Positions 9,737 through 20,581 of a stretch of DNA of 64,000 bases are shown one piece after another. Numbering within the stretch: the first letter of the stretch is position 1; each line of letters opens with the position of its first letter. The position numbers and the translations under genes were made by a program. Source of the DNA: Myxococcota bacterium (GTDB taxonomy: Bacteria > Myxococcota_A > Polyangia > Nannocystales > Nannocystaceae); contig JBCCHT010000001.1 of the NCBI GenBank assembly GCA_039028615.1, positions 128,001-192,000 of the forward strand, written 5' to 3'. A model generated the notes under the pieces. That model saw only the letters and a list, made by a program, of their open reading frames with translations, did no database searches and was not told where the DNA came from.

Positions 9737-12700
9737 TCAGCCCGGCCCGGGGCGGTGATCGAGGCACAGCAGGCTGCGATCATGGCCGGCGACGAAGACC
9801 TCGAGCTGGCCGTCACCGTCGACATCGGCCACCGCGGGCGAGGCTTCGACCTCCTCGCGCCCGGTGCTGAAGCGCCACACCAGCGCTCCGGTGCGAGCGT
9901 CGACCACATGCACCGAGCCATCGTCGAAGCCGGCGAGAAACTCGAGCCCGCCGTCCCCCTCGAGGTCGGCGAGCACGGGCGAACCCGAGGCGCCCGGCTG
10001 GAGCCCGTCGCCGTCGGCGAACCGGTACTGCCACCGCAGGCGACCGTCGCCCGAAAGCCCGACCAGCCCGTTGTGGCCCGTGCTCGCGAACACCTCGGGC
10101 ACCCCGTCGCCGTCCACGTCGGCGGCGAGAGGCCGGGCCCGACGCGACGCCATCCCCGGCCAGCGCGCGACTTCGTGGCCATCGACTCCGGACAGCACCA
10201 CCAAGGGGTGATCGTCCTGGTGGGGGGAGACCAGGATCTCGAGGTGCCCGTCGCCATCGAGATCGGCGGAGGTCGGCTCGAAATTGAGCCGGCCCCCGGT
10301 CTGCGTCTCCCAGCGCCGGACCCCGTCGTGGGTGAGCGCCACGACGTGACCGTCGAGCAACGCCACGACGATCTCGTTGGCGCCGTCTCCATCGAGGTCA
10401 CGCACATGGGCCGCGCCGAACGAGCCGAAGCGTCCGAGTTCATGGGTCCACCGCAGCTCGAGTGACTCCGCATCGAGCACGTGCACCATCCCCGGGTCCT
10501 CCCAGGTGACCATGATGACCTCGTGGTGTCCGTCCCCGTCGAGGTCGGCGATGGTCGGGCTCGCATAGGCCGAGGTCGTCCGATACTCGCCGGTCAAGCT
10601 CGCGTCCCGACCGTGGAAGCGGGAGAGCCCGCGACCGACGACATAGAGCTGAGGACCGTCGGAGCCGGACAGCATCACGGGTGGCCGGATCACGTTGGGC
10701 GTGTCGTCGGCCAGGCTCTCCGCCTCCACCGATCCGGTACGGGCATCGAGTAGCTCGATCCGGGTGCGGTCCCCTAGCGGCCCGACCACAGCGACCTCGA
10801 GCCGACCGTCTTCGTCGAAGTCCCCCGTCAACGGCGTCGCCCGGATCGAGTCGAGCGGTCGACGCTCCCAGCGAACCTTGGGTCCCACCATCACCGCGGG
10901 TCCTCGCGCCCGGAGCAGCAAGTCTTCGAAACCGTCGTGGTTGGCGTCTCGGCTCGCTTCAATGGACCTCGCCGGCACCCCGATGGGCACGGTGCCCATC
11001 GACTTCAAGCTCGGATCGAAGACTCGCACGAGGCCGTCTTCGGTGCCGACCATCAGGTCATCCCGAGCGTCACCATCCCAGTCGGTGACCTCCAGCGCCG
11101 AGACGACTCGCGAGGGGAGCGTCACCCGAGCGGACTCTCGCCCGGTGGCCGCATCCAGCAACATGAGCGTCTCTTCGCGCCGATGCGCCACCGCGGGACG
11201 GGCCAGGCTCCCCAACAGCTGCGCATGGGTCCCCACTCTCGCGGGCTCCTTCCACAGCGCCTTGCCGCTGCGCCCGGAGATCAGGTTGAGCCCCGGCTCG
11301 CCTTCGAGCCCCGACACCAGCACATCGACCGTGCCGTCACCGTCGACATCCCCCAGGTCCCGATCTCGCTTGAGCGCGACGTCACTGCCGATCTTCGCCT
11401 GCCACTGCACCTCGCCGGAGCGCCCCGACAACGCGACGAGGCTCGCGCCCTCGCCATCCGTCCTCAGCAACAAGTCCTGCCCCGGTTGGTCGTCGAGCTC
11501 CAGCGCGGCCAGCCGGGAGATGCGACTGTCTCGATTGCGCTGCGTCTGCACGATCCACTCTGGATCGACGCCGCCATCGGGGGTCCGTGCCGCGACCGCC
11601 AGCGGCCGAGTCCACCGCGTCGACCCATCGTCGGTGTCGAAACTCGTGACATGGTCGACCGACACGACCGCCACCGCGGGCGAAGACTCCGGGTCGGACG
11701 TCACGACGAGCACGACGGGGTCTTCAGGCAAGACCTGGGACCAATGGCGCGCGCCCGTTTGGCCATCGAAACGCGCGAGCTGCCGGGGCGCCAGGCCTCC
11801 CACCACCAGATCCTGGCCCCCTTCCGCGTCGACGCACGCCAGCTCGAACGCAAAGGGCCGCTCGACCTCGGCATCGACCGGCACGTCCACCGTCCAGCGC
11901 GGCTTCGGCCGACGCGAGCTCGTGGTGGAATCGAACGCACGAAACTCGAGCACCTCTTCCCGAGGTTTCGCGGTCACGACATCGGGCACACCGTCGCCCT
12001 CGAGATCACAGAGCCGAAAGTAGGGGCTCGGGCCCAGCTCAATCCGCCAGTTTTCTTCATCGGACCACGGGTCGTACGCGGTCAAGACGGTGAAGCGCCG
12101 CTGAAGCAGGTCGTCGAGTCCGTCGCCGTTCACATCGCCCAGCCACCATGAACCCAAAAACGCCCCGGTCGCCGGCCGTGACCACGAAAGCGCCTTGCGC
12201 AGGGCGACGAAGCCCCGCTGGGTCTGCCCCGCCGTCGCGGTCCATTGCAACCGCTGGTCGACATACCCCTCGTGCCGCAGCAACAGCTCGTGCGGCCCGG
12301 TGTCGATCTTCAGTCCTCGTAGGCGTGATCCGTAGTCGGTGCCGTCGATGAACACGTGGCCGCCGCTGGGCTCGAGCTCCAGCTCGAAGGTGCCTTGCTG
12401 GTGATCGAGCTCGACCGCGACCTCGTGCATCCCACCGCGACGCACGTCGACCACCGTCTCCGCCGTGTCGTAGTCGGGCGCGCTCACCCGAACCCGATGC
12501 AGACCCGCCGCGACCTCGCCCTGCGCTCCCGGCAGCGGCTGTTCGTCGATCTCCACCTGCACCCCGGGCACGGGCTGCCCCTGCGCACTGGCGACCACCC
12601 GGACCTGCCCCGGCCGCGTGCCCACGTACCCGGCGTAGGCGATCGCAGCCACGCCCAACCCCACCGCGGCCCGGCTGCTCCAGCGCTTCACTCGGCGGAC

Positions 12701-13801
12701 CGGATCCGCCCGCAGCGCTTGCAGCAACGCCGCCATATTGGCGAAGCGTTGGCGCGGATCGGGCTCCAGCCCTCGCAACACGACGCGGTGGACCCACGCG
12801 GGAACCCGCACCTTCTCCGGCGGCGTACGGATCTGGCCCCGCGTCTTGCTGACGAAGAGCGTCTCGATGCTCCGTCCCTCGAAGGCGTGCACGCCGTACA
12901 GCGCTCGATAGAGCGAGGCACAAAACGCGAACTGATCCGCCTCTTGGTCGGCCGGATCGCCGCGGTGCTGCTCGGGAGCCATGTACGCGGGCGTCCCCAA
13001 GATCACGCCCGTACGGGTGAGCTTGTCCAGCGCGACCGACTTGACGGAGGGCTCCGGCTCGCTTCCTTCGTCGACGGGCATCGGCGTTCCCTCCCCCGTC
13101 CGCGACCCGGTGATCGAGCCGCCGTAGGTCAGCGCCAGACCGAAGTCGACGACCTTGACCCGACCGTCGTCACCGAGCAGCACGTTGGCGGGCTTGAAGT
13201 CGCGGTGGATGAGGCCCGCCCGGTGAGCCGCGTCGAGCCCCTCACCCGCCTCGAGAAAGACCTCGACCACCTCCCGCCACGACCGCGGACCACGGCCGAG
13301 CCACGACGCCAGGTCGCTGCCCTCGACCAGCTCCATGACGATGAACACGCCGGTCTCGTCCGAGTCCTCGGGCGGAGCCATGGGCTCGAGAGGCCCGGAC
13401 AGCTCGCTCGCCGAATAGGTCCCCACGTCGTAGACCCCGATGACGTTGGCGTGCGAAAGCCGGGCGATCGACTGGGCCTCGCGCACGAAACGAGCGCGTG
13501 CCCGCGCCACCGCGTCGACGTCCTTGCTGCCCGAGCGCAGCACCTTGACCGCCACCCGACGCGCCAGCTCCGGGTCGTAGCCGTCGTAGACCACCCCGGT
13601 GCCACCCGAGCCCAAGGGGCGCAGCAGCAGGTAGCGCGAAATTTTCAGGGGCTCGCGTGCGCGCGCGAACATGTTGCGCTCGATTCGACCGAGCGCGCGC
13701 TCCTCTTCGACCGCATCCCAGCCCAGCGCCCCGTCGATGGCGTGGCCCAGCGTATCGACTGTCTGGATGGTCCCGTCGGGATCCGGCGTCGGCGTCTCCA
13801 A
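9737..13801 (-). CDS. Membrane Ser/Thr kinase with PEGA-like and FG-GAP/PQQ beta-propeller repeats
   Basis: GSGGTG, VAVK, HRDFKPAN, DFG and APE motifs; one TM; many DxDGDG repeats. Confidence 0.92.
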   Translation of the reverse strand: METPTPDPDGTIQTVDTLGHAIDGALGWDAVEEERALGRIERNMFARAREPLKISRYLLLRPLGSGGTGVVYDGYDPELARRVAVKVLRSGSKDVDAVARARARFVREAQSIARLSHANVIGVYDVGTYSASELSGPLEPMAPPEDSDETGVFIVMELVEGSDLASWLGRGPRSWREVVEVFLEAGEGLDAAHRAGLIHRDFKPANVLLGDDGRVKVVDFGLALTYGGSITGSRTGEGTPMPVDEGSEPEPSVKSVALDKLTRTGVILGTPAYMAPEQHRGDPADQEADQFAFCASLYRALYGVHAFEGRSIETLFVSKTRGQIRTPPEKVRVPAWVHRVVLRGLEPDPRQRFANMAALLQALRADPVRRVKRWSSRAAVGLGVAAIAYAGYVGTRPGQVRVVASAQGQPVPGVQVEIDEQPLPGAQGEVAAGLHRVRVSAPDYDTAETVVDVRRGGMHEVAVELDHQQGTFELELEPSGGHVFIDGTDYGSRLRGLKIDTGPHELLLRHEGYVDQRLQWTATAGQTQRGFVALRKALSWSRPATGAFLGSWWLGDVNGDGLDDLLQRRFTVLTAYDPWSDEENWRIELGPSPYFRLCDLEGDGVPDVVTAKPREEVLEFRAFDSTTSSRRPKPRWTVDVPVDAEVERPFAFELACVDAEGGQDLVVGGLAPRQLARFDGQTGARHWSQVLPEDPVVLVVTSDPESSPAVAVVSVDHVTSFDTDDGSTRWTRPLAVAARTPDGGVDPEWIVQTQRNRDSRISRLAALELDDQPGQDLLLRTDGEGASLVALSGRSGEVQWQAKIGSDVALKRDRDLGDVDGDGTVDVLVSGLEGEPGLNLISGRSGKALWKEPARVGTHAQLLGSLARPAVAHRREETLMLLDAATGRESARVTLPSRVVSALEVTDWDGDARDDLMVGTEDGLVRVFDPSLKSMGTVPIGVPARSIEASRDANHDGFEDLLLRARGPAVMVGPKVRWERRPLDSIRATPLTGDFDEDGRLEVAVVGPLGDRTRIELLDARTGSVEAESLADDTPNVIRPPVMLSGSDGPQLYVVGRGLSRFHGRDASLTGEYRTTSAYASPTIADLDGDGHHEVIMVTWEDPGMVHVLDAESLELRWTHELGRFGSFGAAHVRDLDGDGANEIVVALLDGHVVALTHDGVRRWETQTGGRLNFEPTSADLDGDGHLEILVSPHQDDHPLVVLSGVDGHEVARWPGMASRRARPLAADVDGDGVPEVFASTGHNGLVGLSGDGRLRWQYRFADGDGLQPGASGSPVLADLEGDGGLEFLAGFDDGSVHVVDARTGALVWRFSTGREEVEASPAVADVDGDGQLEVFVAGHDRSLLCLDHRPGPG

Positions 13802-13854
13802 CCGCGATTGACCCTCCCCCCGGGTATATCACGCGAATCGCGACGACCCGGCGT

Positions 13855-14976
13855 ATGCTGCAGCAGATGGTCCCAGAGCTGGACGCGGTCGTGGTGGGGG
13901 CCGGAGTGATCGGCCTGGCGATCGCGCGCGCCCTGGCCTGCGCGGGTCGGGAGGTGGTCGTCATCGAGCGCGAGCGGGCGATCGCCCAGCATGCCTCGTC
14001 TCGCAACAGCGAGGTGCTCCACGCCGGGATCTACTACCCGCCGTCGAGTCTCAAAGCGCGGCTTTGCGTGCAGGGACGGCGTGCCCTCGTGCAGTACTGC
14101 CGCGAGCGCGACGTGGACTTCCGCCTGCTCGGCAAGCTCATCGTCGCGGCCCGACCCGACCAGCGAGCCACGCTCGAGCAGCTCCACCAACGAGCCCAGA
14201 ACAACGGCGTCCACGACCTGCGCATGCTCAGCGGGCCCGAAGTCGTCGCCATGGAACCGGCGCTGCGCGTCGATGCCGGGTTGTGGTCGCCGGGGACGGG
14301 GATCATCGACAGCCATCGATTGATGCAAGCGCTGTGGGCCGACGCCGAGGAGCGCGGGGCCTCGCTGGCGCTCGATACCGAGGTGGTCTCCGTACGACCT
14401 CGCGACGGGCACCTCGAGCTCCGAGCCGGCGACCTCGACACGACCTGTGCGACGCTGGTCAATGCGGCGGGCTTGGGGGCCCGGGCTCTAGCCTCCCGCA
14501 TCGAAGGATTGGCCGCCGACCACGTGCCCCCGTTGCATCTGCTCAAGGGCAACTACTTCAGCCTCGACCGACCCGCTCCCTTTTCGCACCTCGTCTACCC
14601 CGTGCCCGATGCCGCGACGCTCGGGGTCCACGTGACGCTCGACCTCGGGGGCGGGGTGCGCTTCGGGCCCGACCAGCAGTGGATCGATCGCATCGACTAC
14701 GAAGTCGACCCCGCGCGCGCCGAGGGTTTCGCGACCGCCATCGCGGCCTACTACCCCGAGATTCGGGTCGAGGATCTGGCGCCCGCCTACGCGGGGATTC
14801 GGGCCAAGATCCAGGGACCCGGCGAACCTCCGACCGACTTCGTGATCCAAGGACCGCAAGTCCACGGGATCGATGGGGTCTGCAATCTGTTCGGCATCGA
14901 GAGCCCGGGACTCACCGCCTCGCTCGCCATCGCGGACGAAGTCCTCGCCCACCTCGGGATTCCCGCCGCTGCCTGA
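13855..14976 (+). CDS. lhgO: FAD-dependent oxidoreductase, L-2-hydroxyglutarate oxidase family
   Basis: GAGVIG, SSRNSEVLHAGIYY, KGNYF and GIESPGLTASL motifs. Confidence 0.88.
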   Translation: MLQQMVPELDAVVVGAGVIGLAIARALACAGREVVVIERERAIAQHASSRNSEVLHAGIYYPPSSLKARLCVQGRRALVQYCRERDVDFRLLGKLIVAARPDQRATLEQLHQRAQNNGVHDLRMLSGPEVVAMEPALRVDAGLWSPGTGIIDSHRLMQALWADAEERGASLALDTEVVSVRPRDGHLELRAGDLDTTCATLVNAAGLGARALASRIEGLAADHVPPLHLLKGNYFSLDRPAPFSHLVYPVPDAATLGVHVTLDLGGGVRFGPDQQWIDRIDYEVDPARAEGFATAIAAYYPEIRVEDLAPAYAGIRAKIQGPGEPPTDFVIQGPQVHGIDGVCNLFGIESPGLTASLAIADEVLAHLGIPAAA

Positions 14977-15379
14977 GCCTCGACCGAAGACACAATGAGA
15001 GGCCAAGAACACCGTTACTGACGTGAAATATTTGACACGTCGTACTAAAACGAAACGGCGTATCAGAGCGACGAACCTCGTCTTCCCGAACTCGAATCGT
15101 CACCACCGCCCAGCGTCTGGCGTGGACATCCGGTGTCGCGCCCAAGACGTGGTCTGGCTCTGTGAAACCCCATCGTCAGACCAACCCGATGAGCGTCGTG
15201 CACCTCCGCCTTCCGCCGCCGCGCCGGCCCGCCCCCGAGCGCGGGCACCTCGATCCCGAGACCGCCATGGCCGCGCTGTGCCGCGGTTCCGCCATGAACA
15301 CCAACACCTCCGAGCATTGGGACTCCTGGAAGGCCATCGCCATCGCCCCCCGCACGTGGGCCCTGGTAGAACGGTTTCG

Positions 15380-15859
15380 ATGCCGCTCTACGCCGTCGCG
15401 ATCGCGCTGACCATCGTCGCCAACATCGGCTACCACCTGTGCCAAAAGGGTATCCGCCCCGAGGCCAGCCCCATCGCCACCGTGATGGCCACGTATATGG
15501 TCGCGCTCGCTCTGTCGGCCCTGATGTGGCCATGGCTCGGGCACTCCGATGGCCTCGTCGCCTCGTTCCGTCGCCTGGGCCCGGCCAGCTATGCGCTGGG
15601 TGGCTGCGTGGTCCTGCTCGAGATCGGCTTCCTCCTCGCCTACCGCAGCGGCTGGGACCTCGGCGTCGCGGCGCTGTACTCCAACGCCGCGACCGCGATC
15701 GTGCTGCTTCCGATCGGCTTGCTCGCCTTCTCCGAGGGCATCGACGGCCGCAAGGCGCTGGGCTTGGTGTTCGCGTTCGTGGGCCTGGTGTTGCTCAGCG
15801 GGGGCGGCGGGGAAAAGCCGAAGGATAGCGACGCACCCGCGGCCGAATCTTCGAGCTAG
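15380..15859 (+). CDS. Small EamA/DMT-family membrane transporter
   Basis: About five hydrophobic segments; YHLCQK and EIGFLLAYRSGW. Confidence 0.75.
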   Translation: MPLYAVAIALTIVANIGYHLCQKGIRPEASPIATVMATYMVALALSALMWPWLGHSDGLVASFRRLGPASYALGGCVVLLEIGFLLAYRSGWDLGVAALYSNAATAIVLLPIGLLAFSEGIDGRKALGLVFAFVGLVLLSGGGGEKPKDSDAPAAESSS

Positions 15860-18720
15860 CCCCGCGCCTGACGGTGCGCCGCGACGGTATTCATGCGGCG
15901 GACCTCGCCCGCGTCCCAGGCCGAGATCGCGGCGCGGCCGAACGTCGACTCGCTCCCACGCAAGTACTCGAGCGCGGGCTCGGCCCGGACCCGGGCGTCG
16001 TCGTGGCGACCGACGGCCCGTAGCGCATGCGCGTGCGTGAGTTCGAGAACCCGGCGCACGAGCTCGCCGTGGCGCTGGGAGTCGGCGAATGTCGATGCGT
16101 CCGCCAGCACCTCCAGCGCCTGCTCGGGCTCCCCCTTCGCCAGCCAGACCCGGGCCTCGAAGTCCAAAAAGAGCATGACCATGAAGTGCTCGGGCGCGTA
16201 GCTGCGCTGGATCTCGGTGGCCGCCGACGCGCGGTCGAGGGCGTCGTCCAACCGCCCCTCGATCAGCGCGAGCTCTCCCTCGAACCGGGTGACCGCGGCC
16301 AGATCGGGCGTTCCGTCGGGGTGAAGCGCTTGCATGATCCGACGCGCATCGGCCAGGTTGTCGCGCGCTCCGTCGAGGTTGCCCGTGTACAGATCGAGCT
16401 GGGCGAGCAGCGCCTTGGCATTGCCCACGGGCACGCTCACCATTCCCCGAGAGTCCCGCCACGCTGCGATTGCACGCCGCACCAAGCCCTGCGCGGTCTC
16501 GAAGTCACCGTCCCCTTTTTCGAGGGTGGCGAGGTTGTAGTAGCGCGGCGCCAGCTCGGGGTGCGACTCGCCGAGGATCTCGGCCGACAGCGCGATGCTC
16601 TGGCGCAGCAGCGGCTTGGCGCGCCCTCGCTCGCCGTCGTTGATGTAGGTGACGGCCAAGTCGTTGAGGATGACCGCGAGGCGCACGCGGGACCGAGTGT
16701 CGTCGCCCGAGAGCCGCTCGCGGGCCTGCTCGAGAGCAGCGAGCGCTTCGTCGTAGCGACCTTGTCGGTGGAAGATGCCCGCCCGAGTCTGGAGAACCGA
16801 GACCTCGAGCTCGATATCGTCGGGAGCCCGGCCCAGGGCTCCGGTTGCGACCCGAGCCCATACTTCACCCGCTTCGTAGCGATCGAGATGGTACCCGAAG
16901 ACATCGGCGAGCGCGTTGGCGACCGTCCCGGCGAGCGCCACGTCATCGACCAACGTGGCCCGTTCGTAGGCATCGTGCAGGTGCCGTTGGGCGTCCTCGA
17001 AGCGGCCAAGTCGAACCTCGGCCCGCGCCAGCTCGTAGGCAACCTCGGCCACGAACGCATCGGGAGCCCCCGACGCGTCGACGAGCAGCTGCTCCAGCCG
17101 AACGCGCGCCCGCTCGTAGTTCCCGATCTCGATCGCGGTCGTGGCCCGCGCCAGCGCCTCCGTCAACGCTTCGTTCGCCGCTGGCGGGACCTCGAGTTCG
17201 GTGCCCGTACCGTAGTGCATGCACTCGACCAACGGAGGCAACGAAACGGCCGCCTTGGTTGCCGACTCCACCGTGGCCCGGTCGGCGTTCTCCAGCGTAT
17301 CCACCAACGACTCGAGGCTGGCGAGCCCTCGCTGCAAGCAGGCGACGCGTCGGTGTTCCTCGCGGTCGTCGATCTCTTCGCGAACCCGGCACAACAACGA
17401 GGCCCCCTGCTCCCAGCGCGTAGCGTAGTCGCTGAGCACCGCCCCCGTTCGCGAAGCGGCCGAATGCGCGAAGCCCAGTCCGCTGTCGTCGAAGGCGCGG
17501 GTCATCGTTTCGAGGCGACCCGAGTTCCACACCGACTGGACTTGCTGGGCTCGGATCTCGCAGGGTTCCTCCGTCTGGGACCCGGCCATCAGCGCCACCG
17601 CCAGTCCCATCGCTCCGAAGCCGCTGGGGATCCAGCGCTGCCATCGTCGGCTCGACTTGGGCTCGAACGCGGCCACCACCTCTGCCATCGACTCCGGCCG
17701 CGCGTGAGGATCGGGGGCAACGCCGCGCGCGAGCACGCGACGCAGCCGGCTGGGGGCCGAGCGCAGCAGCCCGGCGATTTCGGCCTCGAAGCGAGCGGAG
17801 CCTCGCCGGTCGTTGTCGCGAGTGAAGACGCGCTCGCCCGAGATGATCTCGATGGCAGTCACACAAAACGCATGGATGTCGCTGCGAACCGACGCGGGAC
17901 TCCCCTCGAGCTGCTCGGGCGCCATATACGAGGGCGTGCCCGCGACCGTGGGCGCCTGGGAGTTCGAGCAATCGTCCATCGGTGCCGCCAGCCCGAAGTC
18001 GGCCAAGCGAGCCTGGTTTCCACGGTCGACGAGGATGTTGCCCGGCTTGATGTCGCCGTGGATGATCCCGACCTCGTGGGCGGCTTCGAGCCCCAACGCC
18101 GCCCCATGCAACAGCTGCAGCTTGGTCGGCAGCGGCGCGGCGCGATGGCGGGCCATCCAGTCGTGCAGGTTGGCGCCGTCCACCTGCTCCATGACGATGA
18201 AGACCTCGTCGTCGTGCTCGCCGATCTCGAACACCCGGACGATGTTGGGGTGGGAGATCCGAGCCAAGGTGCGCGCCTCGGACTGCAGCGCCGCCGCCCC
18301 GCCCCGGATGAGCGTGCTCCGACAACCCACCGCAGAGCCGATGGAGAGCACTTTGAGCGCCACCGTCCGCCCGAGCTTGGGGTCCTTGGCCTCGTAGACC
18401 GCTCCCACCCCGCCCTGCCCGAGCTTCCGCTCGAGCACGAAGCGCCCCACCGTCGTACGCTCGCCGTCGCCGAGACCGAGTCGGGCGCTGATCCGTTGGG
18501 ACAGCAGGCGATCGGCGCGGTCCTGCTGGGGCGGGCGACCGACGACCAGCAGCTGGGACAAGGGCAGGCCGAAGAGCGCGCTTTCCTGCGCTCGTTCGCT
18601 GCCCTGGAAGGTATCGAGCTGGATCGGCGCGGACAGTTCCCGCGTGGACGCCTCGTCGTCGCCATCGCGCAGCGACAAGGGGGCGAAGGGCGTCGCCGCC
18701 CTCGGCGTACAACTCGACAC
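15856..18720 (-). CDS. Ser/Thr kinase with TM and C-terminal TPR repeats
   Basis: GQGGVG, VALK, HGDIKPGN, DFG and APE motifs; TPRs such as GRYDEAL and LGESHPELA. Confidence 0.92.
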   Translation of the reverse strand: MSSCTPRAATPFAPLSLRDGDDEASTRELSAPIQLDTFQGSERAQESALFGLPLSQLLVVGRPPQQDRADRLLSQRISARLGLGDGERTTVGRFVLERKLGQGGVGAVYEAKDPKLGRTVALKVLSIGSAVGCRSTLIRGGAAALQSEARTLARISHPNIVRVFEIGEHDDEVFIVMEQVDGANLHDWMARHRAAPLPTKLQLLHGAALGLEAAHEVGIIHGDIKPGNILVDRGNQARLADFGLAAPMDDCSNSQAPTVAGTPSYMAPEQLEGSPASVRSDIHAFCVTAIEIISGERVFTRDNDRRGSARFEAEIAGLLRSAPSRLRRVLARGVAPDPHARPESMAEVVAAFEPKSSRRWQRWIPSGFGAMGLAVALMAGSQTEEPCEIRAQQVQSVWNSGRLETMTRAFDDSGLGFAHSAASRTGAVLSDYATRWEQGASLLCRVREEIDDREEHRRVACLQRGLASLESLVDTLENADRATVESATKAAVSLPPLVECMHYGTGTELEVPPAANEALTEALARATTAIEIGNYERARVRLEQLLVDASGAPDAFVAEVAYELARAEVRLGRFEDAQRHLHDAYERATLVDDVALAGTVANALADVFGYHLDRYEAGEVWARVATGALGRAPDDIELEVSVLQTRAGIFHRQGRYDEALAALEQARERLSGDDTRSRVRLAVILNDLAVTYINDGERGRAKPLLRQSIALSAEILGESHPELAPRYYNLATLEKGDGDFETAQGLVRRAIAAWRDSRGMVSVPVGNAKALLAQLDLYTGNLDGARDNLADARRIMQALHPDGTPDLAAVTRFEGELALIEGRLDDALDRASAATEIQRSYAPEHFMVMLFLDFEARVWLAKGEPEQALEVLADASTFADSQRHGELVRRVLELTHAHALRAVGRHDDARVRAEPALEYLRGSESTFGRAAISAWDAGEVRRMNTVAAHRQARG

Positions 18721-18965
18721 GTCGGGCGTACGCCGGCGACGCCGAGTCGATTACAAAGAAAATCGTGTCGGGCGACCGAGTGCCGCATTGACCAACGCCC
18801 GGCACCGATGACTGCGTGCGGCACCCGCCCGCCGTCGTGAGCACGCCGCGACCCGGCCCACGGCAGCGCGGCGTCGCCCCGGCGGTGCCCTAGCCCGGCG
18901 CTGAGCGCCAAACAGGGTCTAACGCTTGAATTTGCCACGCAGAGGCATTGAACTCGGCCACCGTG

Positions 18966-19907
18966 ATGTCTCGCTCCACGCCGCAACGACTCGGCCTCTC
19001 GCTCTTCGCTCTCGCCCTCGGTGTGCTCACACCGGCCGCGTGCAACAAGCCGCAGCCCACGACGACGCCGGAGGTGGAACCGAGCACGTCCGGTTCGACC
19101 GAGTCGAAGAAGCCCGCGCCGACCGATGCCGGTCATGGCGGGCGGCTGTACGACAAGTGGTACGCCGAGATCGGGGGTGAACCCGGCTTCGCACCCGGCG
19201 AGCGCGGAGGTCCCCACGGCGACGGCACGCTCGACGATGGCAACGGCCAGCCCATGGCGCACGACGGCCACTCGTACCGACTGAAGAACCTCTTCGGCTG
19301 GGACCTGCGCGGAGCCGAGGGGATCTACGGGCCCGAGTACCAGAACAAGAGCTACGTCTTGCCGGTCAACCTCATGACCGACGAGCGCACGCCCGACGAG
19401 CTGATGGCGTGGATTCGGGACGGCGGCGACGGAATGCCCGCCTACGGGGCCGTGCTCGACGAGACGCAGCTGCGCGAGCTGGTGACCTTCATCGACGACA
19501 TGCGAAGTGGTCGCGTTCCTCGAGCCGACCAGGTCTGGGCCCTGTCGAAGGATGCGCCGAAGAACTACACCCTGCTCGAGGGGGGTGATGCCGCGCGGGG
19601 TACCGAGCTGGTGAAGAGCTCGTGCGCGTCCTGTCATGGCCCGGATGGACGCTGGATCCCCATCGACGACAAGTACAGCCTGGGGGCCTACTCCCGCGCC
19701 AAGGCCTACGAGTCGTGGATCAAGATCGTCAGCGGTCAGCCCAACACCCCCATGCACCGCGAGATCGAGTTCACCGACGGTGCGGACGGGGCTCAGCAGG
19801 TGCTCGACATCCTGGCGGCGCTGTGCGACCGAGGCACCTTCCCCGGCCTCGACGGTCAGGAGGACGTGCCCAACGGCGATCCTCGCTGTGGCGCCTACCT
19901 GAAGTAA
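18966..19907 (+). CDS. Cytochrome c lipoprotein
   Basis: PAAC lipobox; CASCH heme motif; two Met-containing candidate axial-ligand segments (GMPAY, TPM). Confidence 0.8.
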   Translation: MSRSTPQRLGLSLFALALGVLTPAACNKPQPTTTPEVEPSTSGSTESKKPAPTDAGHGGRLYDKWYAEIGGEPGFAPGERGGPHGDGTLDDGNGQPMAHDGHSYRLKNLFGWDLRGAEGIYGPEYQNKSYVLPVNLMTDERTPDELMAWIRDGGDGMPAYGAVLDETQLRELVTFIDDMRSGRVPRADQVWALSKDAPKNYTLLEGGDAARGTELVKSSCASCHGPDGRWIPIDDKYSLGAYSRAKAYESWIKIVSGQPNTPMHREIEFTDGADGAQQVLDILAALCDRGTFPGLDGQEDVPNGDPRCGAYLK

Positions 19908-19928
19908 GGCCGGCGCGCAGCGGCCCCA

Positions 19929-20534
19929 CTACCCGCGGGTGAGTTCGGCGTGAAGCTCGAGCACCTCGCCCGCGCGCATGGGCGGCCAGCGACGACCGCC
20001 CAGCACGATGTCCCACGCCAGCCGCATCTGCGTGGCGCAGCGCTCGGGGCTCATGCGACCGATGGCCGTGGCGAGCCCGGGACACAGCACTCGCTCGATC
20101 TTCGATTGGCTCCGAGCGTTGTGCTCGACCACCGCGATCAGTGCCGCCCGAAACGCGAGGTAGGCATTGACGGTGTGGGGCACGGGCATCGGCACCCGCA
20201 TGGTGGGCGCGCTGACCAGCCACGGCATTCGCGAGTCCACCGTCTCCACGATCACCGCCTGACCGATCGCCAGCTCGCCGTAGTGATGCTCTCGTAGGTG
20301 CGTCTGCAGCCGATGCTGGAGCCCTGCACCGAAGCGATCGAGGTAGACGGCATCGATGCCGCCATCCATGTAGCCGAAGCTGTTCGCCGGGCTGACGATC
20401 GCGTCCGCCTCGACGTCGAAGATGTCGCCCCGACCGATCTCGACCTCGTCCAGCGAGCCGAAGTGGCGGGTCCACGCGTCCACGATTGCCTGGTTGCGAT
20501 CGCGAAGCACGACGGTGATGCGAGAGTCGGCCAT
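19929..20534 (-). CDS. Macro domain (ADP-ribose binding/hydrolase) protein
   Basis: GDIF, AIVSPANS, GGID and PGLATAIG motifs. Confidence 0.88.
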   Translation of the reverse strand: MADSRITVVLRDRNQAIVDAWTRHFGSLDEVEIGRGDIFDVEADAIVSPANSFGYMDGGIDAVYLDRFGAGLQHRLQTHLREHHYGELAIGQAVIVETVDSRMPWLVSAPTMRVPMPVPHTVNAYLAFRAALIAVVEHNARSQSKIERVLCPGLATAIGRMSPERCATQMRLAWDIVLGGRRWPPMRAGEVLELHAELTRG

Positions 20535-20581
20535 CCCGCGCCTTTATCACGCGACCCGCAATGGCGACAAACGGCAGTGGT

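Noticed and set aside
15189..15410. Possible leader peptide before the EamA gene
   Set aside because: No motif or attenuator structure that I can support
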